Positions 1 to 9,883 of a DNA stretch of 61,915 nt are shown here, in pieces. The number at the start of each line of letters is the position of its first letter. Position 1 is the first letter of the stretch. Source of the stretch: Alcanivorax sp. (GTDB taxonomy: Bacteria > Pseudomonadota > Gammaproteobacteria > Pseudomonadales > Alcanivoracaceae); assembly GCF_051117345.1 (NCBI RefSeq), contig NZ_JBNPEC010000007.1, positions 1 through 61,915 on the forward strand. Direction: 5' to 3'. The notes beneath the pieces were generated by a model. It searched no databases, was not told the origin of the DNA, and saw only the letters and a program-made list of their open reading frames with translations. The position numbers and the translations under genes were made by a program.

Positions 1-404
1 GGCAGGGCATGGGCGGGATTAAGAAAGCCCGGGGGATAGGAACCGGCAGCGGCCGGTTCTTTACGGACGGCGCCATCAAGCACACCCGCTGGTTGCTGAA
101 CAAGTTCGTGGGGCCGAAGCCCGGCGAGGGCCCCAGCCCGGAAGGCCAGAAAGGCGGCGTCGACGACATCAGCTTTGTAGGGGTTACCGACAGCGACGAC
201 AGCATCCGGGTGAAAGTGACCGGCGATGCGGACCCGGGCTACGGCTCCACCGCCAAGCTGCTCGGCCAGGCTGCAGCCTGCCTGGCGCAGGATGTGCCGG
301 CGGATGCCGCTGGCGGTTTCTGGACCACCGCGTCCCTGCTCGGCGATTCGCTGCTCAAGCGTCTGCAGGAAAAAGCCGGCATGACCTTCACCGTGATCGA
401 CTGA
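1..404 (+). CDS. saccharopine dehydrogenase-like / trans-acting enoyl reductase family protein, C-terminal part (5' truncated by window)
   Basis: PKPGEGPS and VTGDADPGYGSTAKLL...GGFWT motifs typical of the family C-terminus; stop at 402-404. The first ~170 nt translate to unusually divergent residues. Confidence 0.75.
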   Translation, partial: QGMGGIKKARGIGTGSGRFFTDGAIKHTRWLLNKFVGPKPGEGPSPEGQKGGVDDISFVGVTDSDDSIRVKVTGDADPGYGSTAKLLGQAAACLAQDVPADAAGGFWTTASLLGDSLLKRLQEKAGMTFTVID

Positions 405-415
405 CATCACAAAAC

Positions 416-439
416 GGGCTGTGACGTCAGTCACAGCCC
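416..439. terminator. stem-loop after the dehydrogenase gene
   Basis: GGGCTGTGAC-gtca-GTCACAGCCC perfect 10-bp stem; no clear U-tract on the + strand. Confidence 0.4.
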
Positions 440-520
440 ACAGCAATTTCCGCCATTGGCGGATGCCACAGTTATGGCCAATCCGTATCCTTCCCGGTTT
501 TCACACAGGAAGGGACTGCC

Positions 521-2647
521 ATGGAAGCGCTGGCCATACTGAAAATCCTCCTCATACTCGTTCTTCTCGGCTCTACGATTTACAGCGTCATCGTCTATCA
601 GAGTCGCAAGAAAGCCTCATTGAAAACCCTCGCCACCTTTCGCCAGGAAACAACACCGCAACGGAATCTGGATGCCGCCGAGCATCGCCTGCTCGGCAAG
701 ATCATTGCCCAGGCGGAAAGCAAAACCCTGGGCGAACTCACCAGCAACGAGGTCTACCCGCTCAGTGGCCCCTACCTGCGCCATGGCCTGGAAACCAATG
801 GCAATACGGTCTGGCATGACACCATCGGTGGCGTGGAAGTATTGCTGCCCTACGATGCGGACTATTTTCTCCGCGAACACAATGACGCCCTGGTAGTACT
901 GGCCGAGAAGCAGGCCATCGTGATTGCGCTCAACGATGACTTCTCCCTTGCCGAAGGAGAAGAGCGAGAACAGCGCCGTGAACAGAAACAAAACCAGTGG
1001 GAAAGCGGCGAATACGGTGAGCTGTCACGGGTGTTTAATGCCGATGACAACGAGACAGAAGACGACCGGAGCGATTCACTGACCATCCGCGAGCAGCGAC
1101 AGGAAAGCGACGCGGAAATGGAAGCCCGACATGGTCGCGGCGCGGCCTTGCTACCCGCTTTTCTCTGGACGATTGTGTTCGTCTGCCTCGCTATTTCCCT
1201 GGCCGCCGATACCACCCTGGTGCTGACGATCTGCCTGTCGGTCAGCCTGCTGGCCGCCCTGTTCGCCCTCTATCAATTCTTTCGTCATCCCTCCCCCGGC
1301 GAACCGTTGAAGGTCAACCAGGTCTACGGGCAGATTCGTCTGACTCCGGTGGGCGTGGACGAACACAACAACGTGCAGATATCCGTCACGCTCAACGAAA
1401 GTATCGGCTTCAACCTGCCGGACCACTGGCGCCCCTTTATTACCTACGAAGACGGCCAGAACCAGGAGATGGCCATCCGGGTCGACGATTACAGCGTCGT
1501 CAGTTACGGCAACCGGATGTCGCTGGATCAGGAAGTACGCCGCTTTCCTCCGGTCTACTGGGGACGTCATCTGACCCTCGCCATCGTCGGCGCCATTGCC
1601 CTGCTGTTTCCGCTCAGCGATGCCAGCCAGACCGTCGATGATGTGCTGTTTACCGGCCACTGGCTTGGCGGCACCGGGATGGTCACGTTTCAGGACCCCG
1701 GGGCGCTACTGAAGCAACCGCCCTCCCCCGGCACCCTGATCAGCCTCAACGGTAACGGCCATTGTGCCGTGGACACAGACAGTCACTATCCCGCATTCAA
1801 CTGCCGGCATCTCTACTGGGGCGCCGACGCTCCGCAAGCCAACCCTCAGGCACCACCGCCAGTGATCAAGCAGCTACAGGACCGGGACTTGTTGCTGACC
1901 GAGAAAGACCGCTACCTGTCATTGATCGCCACCATGCAGGGCTGGAACACCTATCGTGATGGCAGCCCGGTCATGTTCAGCAATCTGCCCGCCATTATCG
2001 ACGCACTGGATGCGGCCTGCGGGCCGGACGATGTCAGCCCGGACATCAGCCACCAATGCCAGCGCACCCAGCGTTTCATACTGGAGCGTTTGGCATTCAC
2101 CCTGGATAGCAACCCGGAGCAGTGGCCTGCTCTCAGGGAACAGGTTATGGCACGCCAGGATAGCGACGAACCCGTCACCGCCGTCACCAGTGAAACCCTG
2201 GCCCGCTCACTGAGAAAACGCATTCACCAGCTGGTCGACACTCTCAACGCCGAGCGCAGTATCCCGATCGCGCAAGAGATTGCCGGCAGCCAGCAAGGGG
2301 GAGTGCTGATCCAGGTAGAGCAAGGTAGGCTGCCTCCCGCCCTGGAAACGCTGAGTGGCTATGACAGGTACGCCATGCTCGGCGGCCTGCTCACCATGAT
2401 CGACAACCCGGAGGGAGAACCCTTTCAGCTGGAGGGGATGGTAACGGCATACCAGAATGACGACGGCTCCAGCCCGGTACTCAGCCTGGATCTGACCCGC
2501 AACAGAGACACGGCAAAGGAATCGCTGATCAATGTGTTGTGGCTATTGCTGGCCAGCGGTCTTCTGCTCGGCCATGGCTTGCTGGCCGTGATCCGCTTCC
2601 TGCAGAGCCGCAAAAGAGACGAGGCCATTAGTGCCTTCTACGCGTGA
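521..2647 (+). CDS. IgaA/UmoB-like intracellular growth attenuator membrane protein
   Basis: 708 aa. N-terminal TM, cytoplasmic domain, 2 TM, second cytoplasmic domain ending SLDQEVRRFPP, TM, large Cys-containing periplasmic domain, C-terminal TM: size and topology of IgaA. RBS AGGAAGGG. Confidence 0.7.
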   Translation: MEALAILKILLILVLLGSTIYSVIVYQSRKKASLKTLATFRQETTPQRNLDAAEHRLLGKIIAQAESKTLGELTSNEVYPLSGPYLRHGLETNGNTVWHDTIGGVEVLLPYDADYFLREHNDALVVLAEKQAIVIALNDDFSLAEGEEREQRREQKQNQWESGEYGELSRVFNADDNETEDDRSDSLTIREQRQESDAEMEARHGRGAALLPAFLWTIVFVCLAISLAADTTLVLTICLSVSLLAALFALYQFFRHPSPGEPLKVNQVYGQIRLTPVGVDEHNNVQISVTLNESIGFNLPDHWRPFITYEDGQNQEMAIRVDDYSVVSYGNRMSLDQEVRRFPPVYWGRHLTLAIVGAIALLFPLSDASQTVDDVLFTGHWLGGTGMVTFQDPGALLKQPPSPGTLISLNGNGHCAVDTDSHYPAFNCRHLYWGADAPQANPQAPPPVIKQLQDRDLLLTEKDRYLSLIATMQGWNTYRDGSPVMFSNLPAIIDALDAACGPDDVSPDISHQCQRTQRFILERLAFTLDSNPEQWPALREQVMARQDSDEPVTAVTSETLARSLRKRIHQLVDTLNAERSIPIAQEIAGSQQGGVLIQVEQGRLPPALETLSGYDRYAMLGGLLTMIDNPEGEPFQLEGMVTAYQNDDGSSPVLSLDLTRNRDTAKESLINVLWLLLASGLLLGHGLLAVIRFLQSRKRDEAISAFYA

Positions 2648-2700
2648 TGAGTAGAAGGCGCTAAAAACAAGTGTGGCGGGCCCTGATGGCCCGCCAGCGG

Positions 2701-3060
2701 TTAGTTCGAGTTACATCCCCAGGCGCGCACCATGCACTGTTGGCCACCCTGGCTGCGACAGTACTGCAATGCAGTATTTTGTGCCTGGCCACCATTGTAG
2801 GCGGTGCCCCACCCATAGGCCGTGCTGCCCCGCGCCTGGTCTGCGGCATAGGCCGCGCAACCAGACGAAAAAGTCTGCACCACCCGGCAGCCATAGCCAC
2901 ATTCGCTCAAGGCACGACTCTGCGCTTCGGACATGCTGCCGTAATCATAACTGAAGCCGTATTGATCCCCCTGATTACTGTCGATGGCCAGGGCACCGTT
3001 CGCTCCGGCAACCGATGCCATCGCCATGGATAACAGCAAAACCAGACTCTGAATTTTCAT
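2701..3060 (-). CDS. secreted DUF4189-domain protein
   Basis: Signal peptide MKIQSLVLLLSMAMASVAGA, then GALAID...YGFSYDY...A.SRALSECG..C...CAAYA...A...ALQYC...C pattern; RBS GAGAGGG before ATG 3060. Confidence 0.8.
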   Translation of the reverse strand: MKIQSLVLLLSMAMASVAGANGALAIDSNQGDQYGFSYDYGSMSEAQSRALSECGYGCRVVQTFSSGCAAYAADQARGSTAYGWGTAYNGGQAQNTALQYCRSQGGQQCMVRAWGCNSN

Positions 3061-3239
3061 GATGACCCTCTCATTGTATGAAATCCGTTTGCCCACGCTC
3101 GACACGATAAACGTGATCATGGGTCAGGCCAGCAGATATCCCGATACCAGCGCCCCCATGTAAGACCAGAGTAAGCGCCGACAGCAACGGCCACATCCCC
3201 TAAATGAGGTATAAGCGATCGACCGAAGGAAACAGAGAG

Positions 3240-3321
3240 GTAGGGTGGATTAGCCCGCAGGGCGTAATCCACCACTTGTGGCAGGCTGGTGGATTACGCC
3301 TTTCAGGCTAATCCACCCTAC
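3240..3321. repeat. REP doublet (REPIN), GTAG class 1
   Basis: GTAGGGTGGATTAGCCCGCAGGGCGTAATCCACCA and inverted TGGTGGATTACGCCTTTCAGGCTAATCCACCCTAC. Confidence 0.85.
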
Positions 3322-3325
3322 GGTT

Positions 3326-4735
3326 CTACTGCTCGGCTTTGGGGGTCGGGGCGCCGGCCAAGGCCCGATACACGTCCACCATGGCCAGCACCACATCGGT
3401 CTGACTGCGTACCCGGGCATCGCGGGTGGCGGTCAGTTCCTGCTCGGCGGCGAGCACCTCGAAGTAACCGATAAAACCACGTTCATAGCGGGTGCGGGCC
3501 AGCTCGGCGGCCTGCTCGGCATCCTCTGCCGCCTGCTCCAGATGCGCGGCCCGCTCACGGGCTCGCTGGTAACGGACCAGACGGGTCTCGGTGTCTTCCA
3601 GGGCAGACAACACCGCCTGTTGGTAGTCCGCCAGGGCGGCGCGGCTATCCGCGTCGGCGGCATCAATGCGCGCCTTGACCTTGCCGTGATCCAGGAAGGT
3701 CCAGTCGATGCCCAGCGCTACCCGCCGGGTGTCGGCGGGGCCGGTGAACAGGTCACTGCTGTCCGCTGCCACCGACCCCAGCAACCCACTGAGGGTAAAG
3801 CGCGGGAACAGGTCTGCCGTGGCCACGCCGATGCGCGCGGTGGCCGCTGCCAGTCGCCGTTCCGCCGCGGCAATATCCGGGCGACGGCGCAGCACATCAC
3901 CGGGACTGTCCACCGGAATCACCGGCAACGTCTCCGGCAAACCGCTATCGGGCGCCAGCGTGGCAATCAGTGCTGCTGGCGTCTGGCCGGTGAGCACAGC
4001 GATGCGATGCATGGCGCCACGGATACCGGCGCGCAGGGTAGGCAGCTCTGCCCGCGTGCGTTGCAGCTGGGAACGGGCACGAACCCGGTCGAACTCGGTA
4101 CCGCGCCCGGCATCCACCCGCGCCGACACAATGGCCAGCGTTTCTTCCTGCAAGGCCACGTTCTGCTCGGCCACCTGTAACTGCTGCTGGAGGCCACGCA
4201 ACTCAAAGTAGCTACTGGCGAGTTGCCCCACCAACGCCACTTGCAGCGCCCCCAGATCCGCACCGGCGGCTTGCAGCTGGGCCCGTTGCGACTGGGTGGC
4301 CCGACGCAGGCGACCGAACAGATCCAGCTCCCAGTTGGCGGCGATGCCGGCCTGGTAAAGCTCCACCCGTTCCGGGCCGGCACCGGGCGGGGTTCGCTCC
4401 ACATCCGCCAGGTGCTGCTCGGCACCGCTGGCGCTGGCGGTAATGCTGGGCCACTGCTCCCGCTTGGCGCCGTACAGCAACGCCGCGGCCCGGTCGTAGC
4501 GCGCCAGACCGGCCTGCAGGCTGTGGTTGGCAGCCAGGGTCTGCTCAATCAGCTGCCCCAGCAGCGGATCCTCAAAACCAGCCCAGAACTGCTGCTCGGC
4601 CTGCTCACGGGAAGCTGTGGTTTCGCCAGCGGCATGGAACACTGCCGGCTCCGGGGTGGGCGGCGTTTCATAATCCGGCCCCACCGCGCAGGCACTCAGC
4701 AACAGGGTGGCGGTGGCAATCGACAACTTACGCAT
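3326..4735 (-). CDS. RND efflux outer membrane lipoprotein (NodT/OprN family)
   Basis: Lipobox LLSAC, AVGPDY, WELDLFG, LRRRPDIAAAERRL; RBS AAGGAG before ATG 4735. Confidence 0.93.
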   Translation of the reverse strand: MRKLSIATATLLLSACAVGPDYETPPTPEPAVFHAAGETTASREQAEQQFWAGFEDPLLGQLIEQTLAANHSLQAGLARYDRAAALLYGAKREQWPSITASASGAEQHLADVERTPPGAGPERVELYQAGIAANWELDLFGRLRRATQSQRAQLQAAGADLGALQVALVGQLASSYFELRGLQQQLQVAEQNVALQEETLAIVSARVDAGRGTEFDRVRARSQLQRTRAELPTLRAGIRGAMHRIAVLTGQTPAALIATLAPDSGLPETLPVIPVDSPGDVLRRRPDIAAAERRLAAATARIGVATADLFPRFTLSGLLGSVAADSSDLFTGPADTRRVALGIDWTFLDHGKVKARIDAADADSRAALADYQQAVLSALEDTETRLVRYQRARERAAHLEQAAEDAEQAAELARTRYERGFIGYFEVLAAEQELTATRDARVRSQTDVVLAMVDVYRALAGAPTPKAEQ

Positions 4736-7700
4736 GGTTTTCTCCTTCTCTCTGACCATGGGGGTCGCCGTCCATGGTGGATTCGTGCTGGCTCACCGGT
4801 CGCTTGCCGCCGGCCAGTTTGCGCAACGCCACATAGAACACCGGGGTCAGGAACAACCCGAACATCGTCACCCCGAGCATGCCGAAGAACAGCGCTACAC
4901 CCAGCGCCTGACGCACTTCCGCCCCGGCACCGCTACCCAGCACCAGTGGCACCACGGCGGCGGTAAAGGTGATGGAGGTCATGATGATGGGGCGCAGCCG
5001 CAAACGGCAGGCTTCCAGCGCTGCATCCACCACGCCCATGCCCTGCAGTTCCAGCTCGCGGGCAAACTCCACGATCAGAATGGCGTTCTTGCAGGCCAGC
5101 GCGATCAGCACCACCAGACCCACCTGCACGAAGATGTTGTTGTCACCCTCGAAGTACCACACGCCGAGCAGTGCCGAGAGCATGCACATGGGCACGATCA
5201 GAATCACTGCCAGCGGCAGGGTCCAGCTTTCGTACAGGGCGGCCAACACCAGGAACACCAACAGGATTGATAACGGGAACACCAGCAGCGCCGCATTGCC
5301 CTGGGTGGCCTGCTGGTAACTCAGGTCGGTCCATTCGAACGTCATGCCAGCGGGCAGCACCTCCTCGGCGATGTTGCTTAGCACCTCCATGGCCTGGGCC
5401 GAGGACAGCATGCCGGGGTCCGCCTCGCCGGCCAGGTCCGCCGCCGGATAGCCGTTGTAACGCAGCACCGGGTCCGGGCCGAAATCCTCGCTGATGGTCA
5501 CCATGGAACCGATGGGCACCATCTCGCCATGGATGTTGCGGGTCTTCAGGTTGGCGATGTCGGTGACGCTGTCACGGAACGGCGCATCCGCCTGGGCGAT
5601 CACCTGCCAGGTGCGACCGAAACGGTTGAAGTCGTTCACGTAGGTGGAGCCAAGATAGGTCTGCAGGGTATCGAACAGCCCGGTGAGCGGGACGCCCTGG
5701 GCCTTGGCTCGTTCGCGATCCACTTCCGCATTGAGCTGCGGCACATTGGCCTGGTAGCTGGTGATGGGAAAGCCCATGCCCGGCGTCTGTGCTATCGCAT
5801 TCTGGAACGCATTCACCGCGTTCTGCAGTTCTCCGTAGCCCAGGTTGCCACGATCTTCGATGAACATCTGGTAGCCATTGCCATTGCCCAGACCGAGAAT
5901 CGGTGGCGGCATAAAGGAGAAGGCAAAACCTTCCTTGAGACCGGCGATGCGGCCGTTGATCTCTTCATTGATCTCGGCAGCGCTGCGACTGCGTTGATCA
6001 AACGGCGCCAGCGGGAAGAATACCAGGCCGGTATTGGAGGTGTTGGTGAACTGCAGGGCATTGAGCCCCGGGAAGGCCACCGCATGGGATACACCCTCGG
6101 TCTCCATACCGATATCCACCACCCGCTGCAGCAACTGATCCGTCCGTTCCAGGGAGGCTCCCTCCGGCAGTTTTACGCCGGCGATCAAGTACATCTTGTC
6201 CTGAGTGGGAATAAAGCCCGGCGGCACCACCTTGAACATCAACCCGGTGCCTGCCAGCAACAGCGCATAGATCACGAACACCATACCGCGGTGGCGCAGG
6301 GAGCGGCCGACGCCACCCTGATAACGCTCGGAGCTGGCATTGAAGAAGCGGTTGAACGGCCGGAACAACCAGCCGAACAGGGCATCGATGATTTTGGTAA
6401 GGCGATCCTTCGGTGCGCTATGAGGCTTGAGCAACATGGCCGCCAACGCCGGCGACAGGGTCAGCGAGTTGATGGTGGAGATCACCGTGGAAATGGCGAT
6501 GGTCACCGCGAATTGCCGATAGAACTGTCCGGTAACACCATCCAGAAATGCCATGGGCACAAACACCGCACACAGAACCAGGCCGATGGCCACGATGGGC
6601 CCGGACACTTCCTTCATGGCCTGGTGGGCGGCGGCCAGGGGCGTCAGCCCTTCCTCGATATTCCGCTCCACGTTTTCCACCACCACGATGGCGTCGTCCA
6701 CCACAATGCCGATGGCCAGTACCAGGCCGAACAACGTCAAAGTATTGATGGAATAGCCGAGCAGATAGAGCGCGCCGAACGTCCCTACGATGGAAATCGG
6801 CACCGCCAGCAGGGGAATAATGGACGCCCGCCAGGTCTGCAAAAACAGGGTCACTACCAGCACCACCAGCAGCACCGCTTCCAGCAGGGTCTTGATCACC
6901 GACTTGATGGAATCGCTGACAAAGATGGTGGTGTCATAGACGGTTTCGTATTCCACCCCGGCCGGGAACCGGGTGGCAATTTCGTCCATGGTGCTGACCA
7001 CCTGATCACGGATTTCCAGGGCGTTGGCACCGGGGGCCTGGAAGATACCGATGGCCACCGCATCCTTGCTATCCAGTTGCGCACGCAGGGTGTAATCCCC
7101 AGCGCCCAGCTCCAGGCGGGCCACATCCGAGAGCCGCACGATCTCGCCGTCAGCACCGCTCTTGATGACGATGTCACCGAACTCTTCCACCGTGCGCAGC
7201 CGCCCCTGGGCATTGATCAGGGTCAGAAAATCACTGCTCGGCATGGGCTCGGCGCCCAGCTGGCCGGCGGAGACCTGCACGTTCTGCTCGCGCATGGCAC
7301 CCACCACATCCCCGGCGGTCAGGCTGCGGGCGGCAATCTTGTCCGGGTCCAGCCAGGCACGCATGGCGTAGTCACCACCACCAAAGACCTGGGCATCGCC
7401 CACACCACGAATCCGCGCCAGCGCATCACGCACATGCAGGCGGGCATAGTTGCGCAGGTAAAGCGTATCGTAGAGGCCGTCCGGGGAGGTCAGGTGCACC
7501 ACCATCAGGAAGGTGGGCGACTGCTTCTGGGTAGTTACCCCTTGCCGCCGCACATCCTCGGGCAGGCGCGCCAGCGCCTGGCTGACCCGATTTTGCACCC
7601 GCACGGTAGCATCGTCCGCATCGATATCCGGGCGGAAGGTCACCGTCATCTGCAGTACGCCATCGGAACCGGCCACGGACTTGAGGTACATCATGCCCTC

Positions 7701-7922
7701 GACGCCGTTGATGGATTCTTCCAGCGGCGTGGCCACGGTTTCGGCAATCACCTTGGGGTTGGCACCGGGATATACCGTGCGCACCACCACCGACGGCGGC
7801 ACCACTTCCGGGTATTCACTCACCGGCAGGCTGGGCAGCGAGATCAGGCCCACCGCAAAAATGATGATCGACAACACCGCGGCAAAAATCGGTCTGTCGA
7901 CGAAGAAACGCGAGAAATTCAT
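4728..7922 (-). CDS. oqxB: RND efflux permease, OqxB/MexF clade (closest in memory to OqxB)
   Basis: MNFSRFFVDRPIFAAVLS, KSVAGSDGVL, GIVVDDAIVVVENVER, FIPTQDK.YLI, AFPGLNALQFTN, ACKNAILIVEFA. Confidence 0.88.
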   Translation of the reverse strand: MNFSRFFVDRPIFAAVLSIIIFAVGLISLPSLPVSEYPEVVPPSVVVRTVYPGANPKVIAETVATPLEESINGVEGMMYLKSVAGSDGVLQMTVTFRPDIDADDATVRVQNRVSQALARLPEDVRRQGVTTQKQSPTFLMVVHLTSPDGLYDTLYLRNYARLHVRDALARIRGVGDAQVFGGGDYAMRAWLDPDKIAARSLTAGDVVGAMREQNVQVSAGQLGAEPMPSSDFLTLINAQGRLRTVEEFGDIVIKSGADGEIVRLSDVARLELGAGDYTLRAQLDSKDAVAIGIFQAPGANALEIRDQVVSTMDEIATRFPAGVEYETVYDTTIFVSDSIKSVIKTLLEAVLLVVLVVTLFLQTWRASIIPLLAVPISIVGTFGALYLLGYSINTLTLFGLVLAIGIVVDDAIVVVENVERNIEEGLTPLAAAHQAMKEVSGPIVAIGLVLCAVFVPMAFLDGVTGQFYRQFAVTIAISTVISTINSLTLSPALAAMLLKPHSAPKDRLTKIIDALFGWLFRPFNRFFNASSERYQGGVGRSLRHRGMVFVIYALLLAGTGLMFKVVPPGFIPTQDKMYLIAGVKLPEGASLERTDQLLQRVVDIGMETEGVSHAVAFPGLNALQFTNTSNTGLVFFPLAPFDQRSRSAAEINEEINGRIAGLKEGFAFSFMPPPILGLGNGNGYQMFIEDRGNLGYGELQNAVNAFQNAIAQTPGMGFPITSYQANVPQLNAEVDRERAKAQGVPLTGLFDTLQTYLGSTYVNDFNRFGRTWQVIAQADAPFRDSVTDIANLKTRNIHGEMVPIGSMVTISEDFGPDPVLRYNGYPAADLAGEADPGMLSSAQAMEVLSNIAEEVLPAGMTFEWTDLSYQQATQGNAALLVFPLSILLVFLVLAALYESWTLPLAVILIVPMCMLSALLGVWYFEGDNNIFVQVGLVVLIALACKNAILIVEFARELELQGMGVVDAALEACRLRLRPIIMTSITFTAAVVPLVLGSGAGAEVRQALGVALFFGMLGVTMFGLFLTPVFYVALRKLAGGKRPVSQHESTMDGDPHGQREGENHA

Positions 7923-8010
7923 GGCAAAAGACTCCTGTCAGCAGTGGCATGGCACTGCTGCGCGTTGTCGTTCCCTTGGTAACGCCGGGCGACTGCCCGG
8001 CGTTGATTAA

Positions 8011-9195
8011 TTACGGCTGGGCCACCGCGATGGCGGACTGCTCGTCGTTGCTGGCGCGCATGGCCACCTGATTCGGCTGCACCGGCATGCCATCGCCAAA
8101 CACTTTCTGGATACCGTTGACGATCACCCTGTCGCCGTTCTCCAGCCCCTTATGGATCACCAGCAGATCGTCCACCGACCGGCCCGGTGTCACCTGACGG
8201 CGCGCCACCTGATTGTTGTCATCCACCACGTAGACGAAACGACGATCCTGGTCGGTCATTACCGCCTTGCGGCTGACCAGCAGGGCGCGATCCAGTTTTG
8301 CCACCGGCATTTCCACCCGGGCGAACTGGCCCGGTTTAAAAATGCCAGCCGTGTTGTCCAGCACCGCCCGGTACTGCAAGGTGCCGGTTCCGCTGTTGAG
8401 ACGGTTGTCGATAAAATCCAGCGTGCCACGGTGCGGATACCCGGTTTCCCCGGACAGGCCGATCCGCACCGAGGCGGACTTCCCCGCGCCGGGCACCTGC
8501 AGGCTCTCGAACGCGGATTGCTCATCGGCTTCGAAATACACATGCATGGGATTCACCGACACCAGCGTGGTCAGCAGGGTCTGGTCTGCGTTAGCCAGGT
8601 TGCCACGGGTGACCATGGCGCGACCGGTGCGACCATCCACCGGCGCGGTAACGCGGGTGTACTGCAGATCCAGTTCAGCGGTATCCACCGACGCCCGTGC
8701 TGCATTCACCAGCGCCTTGGCGCTGAGCAGGGCAGCACTGCGCTGGTCATATTCCTCACGGGAAATGGCGCGGCTTTCCAGCAGGGTTTTCGCCCGGCCC
8801 GCTTCGCTGCTTGCCAGTTCCAGCTGGCTTCTGGCCTGCTCCAGTTCCGCCCGGGCCGCCTGCAGGCGAGCCCGGTAAGGGCGCGGATCGATCTGGAACA
8901 GCAGGTCTCCAGCCTTCACCAGTTCCCCTTCCTCGAACGCCACCTGGTCGATATAGCCACTGACCCGCGGCCGCAGCTCCACGGTTTCCGGTGCCACCAC
9001 GCGACCGGTAAAGGATTCCCACAGGGTTACCGGCTCGGCAATCACCTGGGCCACATCCACTTCCGGCGGCGGCATCTGCTGCCCACCTTCGCTGCGGGCA
9101 TCACAACCGGCCAGAAACACCGCTGCCATCAACGCGACCAACAGCCCCCAGTAGACACCGGCACCGCTGGCACTTTCTCCACTCAGACTTTCCAT
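8011..9195 (-). CDS. RND periplasmic adaptor (OqxA/MexE-like) lipoprotein
   Basis: Lipobox LAGC, VELRPRVSGYI, LFQIDPRPY; RBS AGGAG 7 nt before ATG 9195. Confidence 0.9.
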   Translation of the reverse strand: MESLSGESASGAGVYWGLLVALMAAVFLAGCDARSEGGQQMPPPEVDVAQVIAEPVTLWESFTGRVVAPETVELRPRVSGYIDQVAFEEGELVKAGDLLFQIDPRPYRARLQAARAELEQARSQLELASSEAGRAKTLLESRAISREEYDQRSAALLSAKALVNAARASVDTAELDLQYTRVTAPVDGRTGRAMVTRGNLANADQTLLTTLVSVNPMHVYFEADEQSAFESLQVPGAGKSASVRIGLSGETGYPHRGTLDFIDNRLNSGTGTLQYRAVLDNTAGIFKPGQFARVEMPVAKLDRALLVSRKAVMTDQDRRFVYVVDDNNQVARRQVTPGRSVDDLLVIHKGLENGDRVIVNGIQKVFGDGMPVQPNQVAMRASNDEQSAIAVAQP

Positions 9196-9326
9196 TTCCG
9201 CAACTCCTGTTATCACCACCCAGCTCTGCCGAATTATCGAATACGCGCGACAATATTCGACAGAGTGCAAAAAAATATCGGGTTGATTCGTTCTCAGACG
9301 AACAGAATCCTCCCAACAGATCAGCG

Positions 9327-9357
9327 ACTTTATTTCCTCAAGCTAAGTTGAGGTCAA
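9327..9357 (-). promoter_or_regulatory. SoxR-type promoter of the efflux operon (sox box 9336-9353)
   Basis: Minus strand TTGACC-19 bp-TAAAGT; overlapping dyad CCTCAAGCTAAGTTGAGG is 16/18 to the canonical CCTCAAGTTAACTTGAGG. Confidence 0.85.
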
Positions 9358-9510
9358 CAAACATCGACCCCGGCTTCTTGCTATCCCCGCCATAGGTTTT
9401 CTCTCTGGCCGCAGCTGATGACGTACGCCAATCAAAGTGCCGCAGGGCTGAGAAAACGATTACCTGACAGGTCAAACAAGATACGGGGCGGTGGCGCGAT
9501 GACGGTAGCG

Positions 9511-9815
9511 GGTTACTGCGTGAAGATTGCCTGATTCTGTAGGCAGGCCACAAAGCGGCCGAAACGAGGGAGCAATTAGCCAATATGAATTTGCGCTTTC
9601 ATTGTAATTTCAGGCAAGTGACAGCAGCGAAAGGAAAAAGCAGTGTCTCCCCCAGCATTCCCCAAAAGACTGCACAAAGCCGATTCCGGCATACGCACCG
9701 GGTACGCAAGCAAGTCTTACGGGCAAGTCAGGCGGCAGGATCCCGACTTGTCATATCCCGCAGCGCAGCCACGGCGGGTTGCCGGTTTCTGCGCAGTGAT
9801 TGCCTGATCCTGCAG
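9511..9815. promoter_or_regulatory. two direct-repeat copies of a putative AraC-family binding site (9511-9542, 9784-9815)
   Basis: GGTTACTGCGtgaaGATTGCCTGATTCTGTAG vs GGTTTCTGCGcagtGATTGCCTGATCCTGCAG, 25/32 identical, upstream of the divergent AraC gene. Confidence 0.55.
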
Positions 9816-9883
9816 AAAGTGACTCAATGGGCACACGGGCCGGCAGCGCTCTGCGTATACTGCCGGCAACAGGAGGACAGGCC

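Noticed and set aside
1-180. Divergent residues at the start of the first CDS as a pseudogene or novel domain
   Set aside because: The frame stays open and the pattern looks like scattered substitutions at a window or contig edge, possibly low-quality sequence; cannot be judged here.
5529-7982. 817-aa + strand ORF
   Set aside because: Antisense shadow of the RND permease, expected from GC-rich codon bias; no recognisable motifs.
7940-8006. Two small hairpins between the adaptor and permease genes
   Set aside because: No U-tract and no family resemblance; probably mRNA-stabilising, not enough to call.
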